Assembly: GCA_037447605.1 (NCBI GenBank)
Contig: CM074821.1
Location: 1,488,001-1,552,000 of the forward strand
DNA: 64,000 nucleotides
Direction of reading: 5' to 3'
Source of the DNA: Zygnema circumcarinatum SAG 698-1b
Taxonomy: Eukaryota; Plantae; Zygnematophyceae
Below, piece after piece: positions 11,867 through 31,062 of this stretch. Numbering within the stretch: position 1 is the stretch's first letter; the number at the start of each line of letters is the position of its first letter. A program made the position numbers and the translations under genes. The notes under the pieces are model-generated. The model had not been told where the DNA came from and did no database searches. It saw only the letters and a list, made by a program, of their open reading frames with translations.

Positions 11867-12955
11867 ATGGATGGAAGCTCGGAGAAGGGGGGGGAGGGCG
11901 CGCCCTCCGCCGACTGGAAGTGGCCCACGTTCCGCCAAGCGTTCGCAGTGGTGGTGCTGACACTTTTCATGGTGGGAGTAGTCTTGCAGATCCTCCTGCT
12001 CGTCACTGACGGGTCCAGTGAGAGGGATCTAAACAGCATAGATATTGAGGGGGGGAGGGAGGGGATCAAGTCCAGGAGGTTTGGGGGAGGAGGAGGGGGG
12101 GAAGTGGAGGGGAAAGGAGAGAGTGGGGATGGATTAACAAATGAAATCGATCGCAAAGTGGATCGAGTAAATGTTGTGCTAGATAAGCTGGTGAATCCTG
12201 GCAGAATCTCGGGGGGGAGATCTGAACCGGTAGCTGCAGAGGCTAAGGGAGGGGGAGAGGGGGGCGGAGGAGGAGGAGGAGGAGCAGGAGGAGGAGGAGG
12301 AGGAGGAGGAGGAGGAGGAGGAGGAGGAGGAGGAGGAGGAGGAGGAGGAGGAGGAGGAGGAGGAGGAGCAGGAGGAGGGGAAGCAGGAGGAGCAGAAGGA
12401 GGGGGAGCAGGAGGAGCAGCAGGAGGAGGAGCAGGAGGAGCAGCAGCAGGAGGAGGAGGAGGAGAAGGAGGAGGAGGAGGAGGAGGAGGAGGAGGAGGAG
12501 GAGGAGGAGGAGGAGGAGGAGGAGGAGGAGCAGGAGGAGGGGAAGCAGGGGGAGCAGCAGTGGGAGCAGGAGGAGCAGCAGCAGGAGGAGGAGGAGGAGG
12601 AGGAGGAGGAGGAGGAGGAGGAGGAGCAGCAGCAGCAGCGGAAACCTCTCCTTCTCAGTCTTCCGACCCTCTGTGGTGGCGCAATTGGAAGGGGGAATGG
12701 TCGTTTGATCCGCTGCAGCACTACGCCCGTACTATCCTCGCACTCCTCGGACTTCGCGAAGCGCGAACCAGCGGCGTGGAAAGTTAAGCGACATGCATGG
12801 CGGCGGAGGCCATAGCGCTGCGCCGCGTCCTCGTGGTCGACTACGGGATGGGCGTGCCGGCGGAGTTCAACAACGGGAAGAGCAAAGTGGGCAAGTTCGA
12901 GCAGTACTTTGATCTCTGGCGGCTGCACGAGTACGAGGCTCCCCTCGAACCCTAA
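11867..12955 (+). CDS. Type II membrane protein resembling the SUB1 / O-fucosyltransferase-like family; reading frame disrupted at about 12730-12790; 3' part probably in the 13268-13367 gap
   Basis: GCCGCCATGG start; TM segment FAVVVLTLFMVGVVLQILLLV; Gly-rich stem. After TAA (12785-12787) the same frame continues MAAEAIALRRVLVVD...KFEQYFDLWRL, resembling SUB1-type GEAxYLNRTxVMD...DFRxYFDFEHL (from memory). YYPRT and SDFAK in shifted frames resemble YYSRGGDYCK. Confidence 0.5.
12262..12640 (+). repeat. (GGA/GCA)n trinucleotide tract, poly-Gly/Ala if translated
   Basis: Directly visible and stop-free in the frame of the ORF. Confidence 0.95.
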
Positions 12956-13511
12956 TTCTGATGGCATGGAGCCTAACCCTAATTTTGATTATTTTTCTGA
13001 TTTGGAATTCTGATATGAAAACTTACCCTAATTTGGACCTGGATTTGAGGTCAACGCTCGTGCTAACGTCGAGAGTAACGCTGACCTTGAGGGTTGCCCT
13101 CACATTAAGCCATAATCTTCAGATCTTGATCGTTACCAAACTCTCTGCCTCTCACTCTCCTTAATCCTAACCTCGCCTCAATCTTGACCTTACTCCTAGC
13201 TATTATCTTGGACCTAACCCAGATTCCAACTCGACTTTAAACCTGGGCAACTCTAATTTTGATTTTANNNNNNNNNNNNNNNNNNNNNNNNNNNNNNNNN
13301 NNNNNNNNNNNNNNNNNNNNNNNNNNNNNNNNNNNNNNNNNNNNNNNNNNNNNNNNNNNNNNNNNNNCTTTCCCTTAGCTTTTCTGCGTTCGAGGAAAAG
13401 CGCGAGGCTCAACTCCACTCTGTGCTCCGAATGCTCGCCAATACAGCTGAGAGGGAGAGGGAGGCGGCCACCACAGGGCTTGGAGTTGGAGGAAGAGTGA
13501 TAGAGGCACAC

Positions 13512-15068
13512 CGCTTCCACTTGAGCTTGGCGCTGTGCTGCACGAAGTTGAGGTGTCGCGGGACGGAAGAAAAGACGTGCGTCAAATCTGCGCAGAGGCC
13601 GCCCCGCCGCTCGAGGGCAGGCTTCAGACGATTCCTTGAACAAGCAGGAGCTCCAAGTCTTCACCCAGAGGGTGCAGAATGTGGCCTCCTTTTTCCTTCC
13701 TCTCGCAGTTTGGCGCGAATAACAGCCTTGCTTGGAGGGGGAGGGGGAAGGGGAGNNNNNNNNNNGGCGGAACCCTAAGCGGGGCCATGCATGCATGCAT
13801 GCAGTGCGACCGTACCGTCGGGCGTGACGAGGGGGTAGTCGGCGGCGCTGAGGTTGAGGAACCAGTCCCAGTCCGCGCGGCGGCGCAGGAGCAGCGCGAG
13901 GCCGTGCAGGTACGTGGTCGTCATCGACGCGCCCTTGTACGTCACCGCGTTGGGCCGCGTCACGACGCGCACGTTCCCCGCCTCCGCGAACGCGCGCTCG
14001 TCCCGCACGAACTGCGCGACCGCCGCGTGCTCCTCCGCGGGGGCCGCGCGGTCGTAGTGGAGGAGGTACTCGTTGCGGGGGTGGTACACCGCGTACAGCA
14101 GCCGCCGCATGCTCGCCACCTGCCCTGCGCTGCCTGCGGGAGGGAGAGGCCGGAGGAGAGACCCCGTTAGGGGCACGAGAATCTTCTCCGTCACTCTACC
14201 TCTCCCTCACACTCCCCCTCGCCTCTCCCTCTCCCCTTCCCCTCCTCCCCCTCCCTCCCTTCCCTCCCTTCCTCTCCCCTTCCCTCCCTTACCTCCCTTA
14301 CCGCTTACTTCCCCCCCTCTCCCCGTCTCCCGCCTTTCCCTCCTTCACTCTCGTTCCCTCCCCTTCCCACTCTTCCCTCCCCCTTCTGCACTCCTTCTCC
14401 ATCCCTCCCCCTCCCCCATTTCCCTCCCTCCCTCCCCCATTTCCCTCCCTCCCTCCACCATTTCCCTCCCAACCCTCCCTCCACTCCTTCCCCTCCCTCC
14501 CCTCACTCGCCTCCCTCCCCTCCCTCCCCCTCCCCAATTTCCCTCCCTCCCTCCCCCATTTCCCTCCCTCCATCCCCCATTTCCCTCTCTCCCCTCCCTC
14601 CCCTCCCTCCCCTCCCTCCCATCCCTCCCATCCCTCCCCTCCCTCCTTTCCCTCCTTTCCCTCACTCCCCTCCCTCCTTTCCCTCCCTCCTTTCCCTCCC
14701 ACCTTTCCCTCCCACCTTTCCCTCCCTCCTTTCNNNNNNNNNNCTCCCTCCCTCCCAATCTTGCTTCTTTCGCCACATTCCACCCTATTCTCCCTTATTT
14801 ACCCTTTTCTCTTTTCTCCCTTCGTCTCCCCTCCTCACCCACCTGTGATGAGGAAAGCGAAGACGGGCAGCTTTTTATCGGCGCTGCCCACGCTGCCAAT
14901 CACGCGCCCATTCCCCCCCAGCTCCTCCGAGAGCTCCCCGCCCGCCCCTTCCTCCAGAAAGTACTCCGCGCCGAATATGAACACTCCCAGCAGCGCCATT
15001 GCGCCCGCCATTGCCACCACCCATCGAGGGCCCCACCGCGCCGTCATTGCCATCGGAGACCTCTCCAT
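13512..15068 (-). CDS. GT14 glycosyltransferase copy B, exons 1-3 only; downstream exons not visible (gap)
   Basis: Exons 15068-14843 (an in-frame upstream ATG at 15515 is possible), 14133-13816, 13587-13512 (DLTHVFSSVPRHLNFVQHSAKLKWK). Exon 2 and 3 sizes (318, 76 nt) and intron phases match copy A. Confidence 0.8.
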
Positions 15069-15773
15069 CGTGTTCCCACCTGTTCCTTCTCCTCCCCCTC
15101 CTCCCCCTCCTTCTCCTCTCCCTCCTCCTCCTTCTCCTCCACTCGCTCCTCGATATCTCCGATCTCCTCCTCCTCCTCCTCCAGTCGCTCCTAGATATCC
15201 TTCTTCTCCTTCGCCTCCTCTCACTCCTGCCCCTCCACTCGCATCTCGAAATCCTCCTTCTCCTTCTCTTTCTCTCGTTCCTTCTCCTCCATTCGCTCCT
15301 CTATATCCTCCATCTCCTCCTCCACTCGCTCCTAGATTTCCTCCTTCTCCTTCTCCTTCTCCTCCTTCTCGCGTTCCTCCCCCACTCACTCGATATCCTT
15401 CTCTTGCTCCTTCTCTCGCTGTTACTTCTCCACTCGCTCCTATATATCCTCCTTCTTCTTCTCCTCCTTCTCTCGCTTCTCCTCCTCCTCCCTGCCTCAC
15501 CTCACCTCCCTCCATGGCCGACCTCGCCGCGCCTTCCTTGCTCTACTCGCTCGCTCGCACCCGCTTCCACACCGCGCCGCCCTCCACGAGACTCATCCAA
15601 TGGCTTCATGCCACGTCACCAAATTTGTGCACGTGGCGTGCCCGCATTGGTCGATTTTCAGGAGAATAGGCTTCCAACAAAGAGTTCTTGGAGAGCTGGC
15701 CAGCCCCAATTCCCAAGTCGTACAGTAACGGACTCGTTCGTGTGGTCGTACGGCCTTATCAGTCCGTAAAGAT

Positions 15774-16339
15774 GGGTAACTCTACTGCACCCCCGCGTTT
15801 TGTCTTTCGCACCCCCGTTTTGAAAATTTTNNNNNNNNNNACATGGACAAAGTCAACATGGGAACCACAAGAAATTAGTCGCAAATGAAACAAGCACAAA
15901 ATAAAAAAACTAGGAACAAAAAACTAAACTAAACTAAGCTTAAGTACCAAAACGCAACCTTAAACGCAATTGCAAAGGTCACCAATGTTGGGCAACTGTT
16001 ACTCTTTGTTTTCAGGTTACCGCTAATTAAGGCAAGATCTTAAGTTGTGGCCTACTTGCTTGCAATTGGAACATTTTTTCCCTTCAACGTACTCGAAATA
16101 GCTCTTGTCCCGGCTGATTGCCAAACTGCGCGCGCCAGAAGGTCGACCTCGTTTCTTCATAACCGGGTGTGGGTTTTGCAATTGCAATGGTTCGAGGGGG
16201 GGCAGCGGAGGGGACGAAAGGGGCGGGAAAAAGATTTTTTCCCGAAATATTCAAAACTGGGGGGTAACCAAAACGGGCAGGAAAAATTTTCAAAACGGGG
16301 GTGCGAAAGACAAAACGCGGGGGTGCAGTAGAGTTACCC
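15774..16339. mobile_element. 566-bp non-autonomous DNA transposon, TIR of at least 55 bp starting GGGTAACTCTACTGCACCCCCGCG, 8-bp TSD GTAAAGAT
   Basis: TSD copies at 15766-15773 and 16340-16347; perfect terminal inverted repeats. The interior (15840-16050) is homologous to about 58600-58830. Confidence 0.8.
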
Positions 16340-17151
16340 GTAAAGATTTGCATCTTGGATCTGGTACGGTACGACTGTACAGTAAAACCGAACAGGTTGA
16401 GAAAAAAAAATAAAGATTTTGGCTTCTCAAAAAAAATTCAAAACCAGTTTCTCAAAAAAAAACCTTACTTTGTTAAGATGATTCATTTTGAGAAATGAGA
16501 AATGGGTTTCTAATATTTTTTTCTCAATACAATATTTATTTGAGAACCAATTAAACATAATAAAACGAAGCTAGGAGCGGAAAACTGAACATTGAACAAT
16601 CAATTATCGTTCGTGTTCAATTTAAGTTTGCCTTGGGTCCACCGATGAACAATGATATTCTAGCGGATCGCAAAGCGCTTGGACCCGGTTTTTCGTACAG
16701 AAATTGCTGATCGGCTCGCGGGAAGAGTCGTACGGTAAAAACGGCACTCGGGTTAACCGGATCCCTCAAATCGCACGGAATCAACGTGCCAAAAGTGGAA
16801 TCTAAAAGTGCGACCGAACATGTCGAGTCTTGAACTTTTTCTTTAAAACGTTTCGCTTTCTTAAATTAGGGGATGGTCAGACTTAGCGCGTAGCGTACGA
16901 AATTCCCGAATTTAGTATACGAAAACATACTTTTTTCGTATACGAATTTCGGTTCGGGATTCTCGGCTCTGCCGAACCTAGCCGTACCGTTCCGGGATTT
17001 CCGGGCTTACGAAACCGGCTTTTCCGAGCGCCACTCCGCCGCCGCCCGGACGCCGCAACCCGCGGTGGTGACGCTCGTGGCGACAAACCGGAGGGCGGCA
17101 GGCGGCGCGCGGCGGAGGGAGCGCGGCGGTACGAAAAATGGTGGTCAGACT

Positions 17152-17590
17152 TGTTAGTGTATATACTGTAGTTAGTTTAGATTAGCATGTTTGTGTTGGC
17201 ACTTAGTTCATAGGGGGTGCTTGTAGGTGTGAGATGTATGGGGGCAGACTTGCTTCATGGTATGACTCAAGAGCGTGCGCGCGGAGGCGAGACCGACCGA
17301 GCGGCCGATGCGGATATTGCGGTCGGGAGTCCGACGTTCAACATCGCTTCAGGAATCTTCTATGGAGTGCGGAGTCTTGGAATGTTACACAAAAGACGGC
17401 GGAGTCGGAGGAGCGTACCTTGATTAGGGGAGTTAGTCTGCGGGGTGTATAGCCCGGCGGTAGAGTGCATGGTCACTTGGGTTAGGATGGTGGCGTTGGC
17501 ACGTTGCTAAGCTAGATTTACCGTGCAAGGCAAGACACGAAGTACAGTAGTTTGATAAGGTTGTTTGAATAAGGTTGTTGCATGCATGGC
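17152..17590 (+). mobile_element. Possible solo or decayed LTR related to the copia at 53590
   Basis: Starts TGTTAGTGTATA..GTAGTTAG like the copia LTR. The right end and TSD were not identified; the end coordinate is approximate. Confidence 0.35.
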
Positions 17591-18065
17591 CCCGAACTTA
17601 AGTAAACTCGTTTCTCAATTTCTCAATCTGTTCGGTTTTTACGGTAGTGCAAAAGTAGGTTTTCAACGTTCATTTGTGGCCAAGGGCGGGGATAGAACTC
17701 GGAGCCTCCGAATGCCGATATATCTCGGAATATTGTATCGCCAGCACGATATTGGATATTGACGAATCCCTACCAAAAAACCCCGCTCCGATCCTCCAAT
17801 GACGTCTCGGGCCGTACGCATTTGTCGTGACTTGATAGAGACACATATGTTAATTGATAAGCGCACATCTTTTATCCACGTGGATGGCTTCGATTCGCAG
17901 CAGCCACGTAATTGTCCATATGGCGAGCGCTGATTGGGAAAAATCGGTTTCTAAATGGAGCCGGCGTTTTCTTCCGCAAAGCGACGCATCTGACGTGGAC
18001 CGCTACGGACCGTTTAACGCGCTTACGGAACCGACCCGTGTGCGGTATAACGGTAGGAAAAGGGG

Positions 18066-18770
18066 GCACATCGGACCGTTGGATCAACCATTGGCAATGG
18101 TTGCCAACCATTGATTCCTGGCAAGCCAATCGTTACCAACCGTTGGATTCATTGCTGTCACACTAAAACAACCATTGAGGATGACATTGGTTGCCAACCA
18201 TTCCAATGGTTGCGAACCGTTTGACGGCCAACCATTGCCATCCAATGGTTGATCCAAAGGTTGCCGGTAAATGGTCCGACATGTGAAGCACAAAATTTGA
18301 CGATGCTGAAAGGTGGGGCTGGCTGGGCGTTTCTGACTTTTTTTCTCCTCCTCCATTTCTCCTTGTAACGCGAGTACCGCGAGGTGGGGGGTAGGGCAGA
18401 CGCACTAAAAATAAAATGTGTTTTCAGGGTTTCTAAACCCTTTTTTTCTAAAGTAAAAGTGCCCGGCGAAAAAAGGTCTGTATCTAGACAAAAAAGGAGA
18501 GAATTTATCAGTCCCTTATTGAATATTTGCGGAAATCTGAATTTGCTAGCTATGGAAATTATCAGTTTCGGAGGTCAGACCGTCATTGGATCGACCATTG
18601 CAATGGTTGCGAACCACTGGCTCTAATGCTTGCAACCATTGCCGTCAGACCGAAACAACCATTGCCAATGGTCGGAACCATTGGATTCAACGATTGCCAT
18701 TGGCAGTCCAACCGTTGCCATCCAATGGTTGCCTAATGGTTGCCGGTCCAATGGTCCGACCCGCGCACAG
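18066..18770. repeat. Two palindromic units of about 200 bp built from AACCATTG/CAATGGTT motifs, flanking an orphan right TIR of the 8-bp-TSD family (about 18460-18514)
   Basis: tcggaccgttgga...aatggtccga inverted ends. The ggcgaaaaaaggtctgtatctagacaaaaaagg...tcagtccc segment matches about 50405-50458. Confidence 0.6.
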
Positions 18771-19293
18771 TTCCGGCGATCCTCGCCACTCTTTATCGAC
18801 AGCCCTCCAGCGCTGCCCTCTTCGCTCGCGTCTATTCTCCTTCGGCGTGAAGCCGCGGTTGGTTGTTGGTGACCGCACGTGGCGGTGGACTTCCGCCGCT
18901 CCCTCCCACCATCCTTCCCTCCCTCCCTCCCTCCCTCCCTCCCTCACTCCCTCCCTCCNNNNNNNNNNTCCCTCCCTCCCTCCCTCCCACCATCCTTCCC
19001 TCCCACCCTCCGCGCGATGTGACCTTCGCAGCTGCTTCGAGGGAGGGCTTGAAGCGGTATTGAGCCGAGGCGTAGCTTTCCGCTCCTCGCTTTGTTCTTT
19101 TGTCCTTAGGTCCTTCGCGCCCAGTTCCTTGTGGTCCCCCATGCTGGTGTTGTCCACGTATATATGATGGCGCACATTGGTGCACAGTTTGAGGGGTACA
19201 TCCGCAATGATCGTAAAGTGCGCATTCGAATTCCATATGGTGTCAAGAAAATAAAATGAATCTAGTTGTATACAACGTCAACGAAATCAAAAA

Positions 19294-19366
19294 GGGGGTG
19301 TAGCTCATACGGTAGAGCGCTCGCTTTGCATGCGAGAGGTACGGGGATCGATGCCCCGCGTCTCCA
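19294..19366 (+). tRNA. tRNA-Ala(UGC)
   Basis: 73-nt cloverleaf GGGGGTG...CGTCTCCA; anticodon arm CTCGC-TT-TGC-AT-GCGAG; G3:U70 alanine identity pair; T-arm GGGGATCGATGCCCC. Confidence 0.95.
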
Positions 19367-20269
19367 TTTCTGTATATTACCAGTACTATGTAAGTGTCAT
19401 CTTTGAAGTGACGCCTTAATGGCTGTTTTTATCGTTTTCCTTTTTAAAGTATCCAAGTTCTCTATGAAATTCTCTTCTGAACGGCTTTAGATTAACCCAA
19501 CGAATCTTTTGTTGCTGCTATTGTTCGGTTAACTTACGGCCCTTAGTCTTAGGTCCTTTGCGACCGGCTCCTCGTGGTTCCCGATGCTGATGTTGTCCAG
19601 GTACATTTGATGGCATCATCGTGAGATCAACGCCACATCCTCTCCCGTACAATCTCTACAGCCAGGCTCCAAGTACTTTAAAACAGATATAATCACAAAG
19701 AATGCCCCCCTTATTTTCAAAAACAAAAGATTCGGTAAATTTTTTTTTTTTCTTTTTTCCTATTTTAAGTCAATGTCTTTATGTACATCAAAAAGCTTTC
19801 CAAACTATACACAAAAAATAAAGTAATGTCTATACGCTATTTGCACCCAATTCTATTGGAAACCAATTTAACTGCTGTTGCCGATTCGACCCCATTTGCA
19901 CCCCTTCCCCCAATTCTCGATTTTGCTGAGAGCCGAATATTCCCCGAAACTAACCCTAACGCTCCTCCAGCATCGATCCTCCGTTTCTTTGCGATCAACT
20001 GCAGCCGCGCTCCATGTTCCAGTTCCGCGCTCCGTTTCCCGGTTCCATGTGAAGTCAAACTCCGATCCAAACTCAATTTTTTAGAATTCGAACTTATTAT
20101 ATTCTTTCCTCGGCCGGATTCCCTCGTATCGACCAATGATGTCTCGCTTTTTGGGGACGAAAATGGNNNNNNNNNNNNNNNNNNNNNNNNNNNNNNNNNN
20201 NNNNNNNNNNNNNNNNNNNNNNNNNNNNNNNNNNNNNNNNNNNNNNNNNNNNNNNNNNNNNNNNNNAAC

Positions 20270-20717
20270 CCAAATACAGCCCGAAATCCTTCTTTTTCTA
20301 AAGTCTTTGATATTTCTTGTCTTCTGCAAGCATTTGGCCACACAACCCATTCTTTGAAAGAGATCTAAGTGCTCTTACAACTCGCTTAGAATTGGGGAAT
20401 GTAGTCCCTTCCAATCCCAACAATCGGGCTATTCCCTCGCGGGACTCTGCCCCATTCCCCAAGCATAGCCCTAATCTATATAATGCTATAGCTACTTGAT
20501 AATGTACAGCAGTTTGAGGACACCTACTACCATTTTTAAAAACTTTATCTTTTTCAACTAATTTTACAAGTTGTGCAAATGCAGTTGTACTGGTACGAAA
20601 GGTTTGCCGAAAGCTACTTTCGTCCATATATAAACTATGGTAAAGTAAGTACTGAGAACTCTTCTTCAAGTTTAGACGGTCATGAAGATACCGTGTACCT
20701 TCAATATTCTTGTACAA
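20270..20717 (-). mobile_element. Frameshifted PIF/Harbinger (DDE_Tnp_4/HARBI1-like) transposase fragment
   Basis: FRQTFRTS..AFAQLV, QTAVHYQVAIALYRLG, IARLLG..GT..RVVRAL, then after a frameshift WPNACRRQEI..EGFRAVFG, running into a gap where the first catalytic DG would lie. Confidence 0.7.
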
Positions 20718-20734
20718 TCCAAANNNNNNNNNNG

Positions 20735-20914
20735 TGTTAGGTGGAGAGGGAGCGGCAGTGGGAAAGGGAGAGTGAGAGGCTGGCGTGGCTAGGAGTATGA
20801 CATTAATCTTTGTAGCTGGACGTGATCTTTTTACGGCTCCTGACTTTTGGGCTTCTATGTTTAGGGTTTCATCCTCCCCTTTGTTGTTTTTCTAGAGAGT
20901 AGAGAGTCTTACCA
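20735..20914 (+). mobile_element. Possible 180-bp solo LTR (TGTTAGG...CTTACCA)
   Basis: TG...CA ends; the left flank is in an N gap so a TSD cannot be checked. Confidence 0.3.
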
Positions 20915-21454
20915 GGAGGGGTCCGGCAGACGGTCGGAAGAGTCCGACCGTGGTTGTGGAGAAGGCGAGCCCTCCGAGGTCCCAGTCAATGAGCGCCCAC
21001 ACAGCGAACGTCTGCAGGAGCAGCGCAAAGCAAAGCCCGCGCGGGCGGGCGAGCGAGCGAGATGAGGAGGCGCTGGAAGAGGGTCGGCCGCTTGGAAGCC
21101 GCAAGGGAGGAAAGGGGAAGACGAGGGGTCCGGGTTTGCAATTCAAAATTGCGGCATCTGACGTCAGGTATCGGCGATCTACCCGCGCCGTTCGCAGCCT
21201 TTTTTTAAGTTTGAGACCCCCCCGCGCGGGCGAAGTTGGTCATCGCGCCTTTGGAAATTGGTCATACCGGCAAATGCGGAGTGGTGATAAAGTCACGTCG
21301 CGTCACGATCACGGTTACGTTCGGGGGGCGCGAGACTGGTGAAGTTGACTCGAAAACTTGGTAATCGTACAGCTTGGTAATTGGTAATCGTTTTTTAAGT
21401 CTGAGACCCCCTATTAATGTTAACACAGACTTCCTTCTACTTTTCCAATTCCAA

Positions 21455-21509
21455 GATTTTCGTCCGAATATCGGCCGAAACCATGGCGAATTTATTTGGG
21501 GGGGTACTG
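21455..21509. mobile_element. Orphan right end of a family B MITE within a GTAC-rich repeat cluster upstream of the EDR4-like gene
   Basis: cggccgaaaccatggcgaatttatttgggggggtactg followed by TA. Confidence 0.6.
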
Positions 21510-22426
21510 TACCGGAATATAGTACGGTAAAGTACAACCGTACGTTAAGCTGCCTTTTGTGACTGTACGAATCCGTACCATGTACAATCCGTACGTGTGC
21601 AGGTGTTTTTTTCCGCCAGGTGGGCGAGTCACGACCCGCCAGGTATCCTATTTTTATGAAAATACGACCGTACGGCAACGATACGAGCGATATTCTCCGA
21701 TACGTTCGCAAACGGAAAACGCCGGCCCGATTTCCTCTATTTTCTGACGTCACTATACGGAATCCTACGTCCGCTGACATCACTATACGTCCAATAGTCG
21801 GTCCGAAAATCCCGCGCGCAAGTGCGACTGCTATGGAGGGCGGTCTACTAAGGCTCCCTGTTAAGCTGGAGCCAATGAAGGCATGCCACGTATGAGAACA
21901 ACACACGTGGTATAATCCGATTGGTGATTTCTGGACAGCTCTGGATCGTCCTTGGAGCCTTCGATCGGCTCACGGCGGCTCGCGCGCTAACCGTGCCACC
22001 ACGTCAGCAATGCCCGTACATTAGACCGTACACATACTGGTACATTTCTACGTCTGAAAATTCGTACATCGACATACTAGCCGTACAATTTCAGAGGATA
22101 TGAGAAAATACGAATTTCGGAAATTTCAGAACTGACGCTCGGAATTTGTACGAAAGCAGATTTTGAGCATAATTCCACCAATCAGGGGATGCCACGTACA
22201 ATGGAGGCTGATTTGCGTCCGTACTTTTTGGCGATTGCGCGGAATCGGATCGGCCGGGTCCCCGCCCGCCCGCGGCCGCGCAGGGGCCGGGCCGGAGGGG
22301 AGGGAGAAGGGCGGGAGGGGGGAAAGAAGGGAGGGAGGGAGCCGTTAGGGTTGCGGGAGGCGGGACTGGCGGACGGGGCTGGTTTCAGGGCGGGCAGGGG
22401 GGAGGGTTGAGACGGGGCAGGGAGGG

Positions 22427-31062
<8,636 letters not shown>

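Noticed and set aside
12785-12787. Programmed stop-codon readthrough or recoding
   Set aside because: The stop is TAA rather than TGA, and neighbouring motifs are also out of frame, so indels or errors are more parsimonious.
16874-17151. 10-bp direct repeat TGGTCAGACT flanking about 270 bp, a possible TSD
   Set aside because: No terminal inverted repeats or other element hallmarks between the copies.
19781-20368. 195-aa plus-strand ORF
   Set aside because: It spans a 100-N gap, is antisense to the Harbinger fragment and has no motif support.
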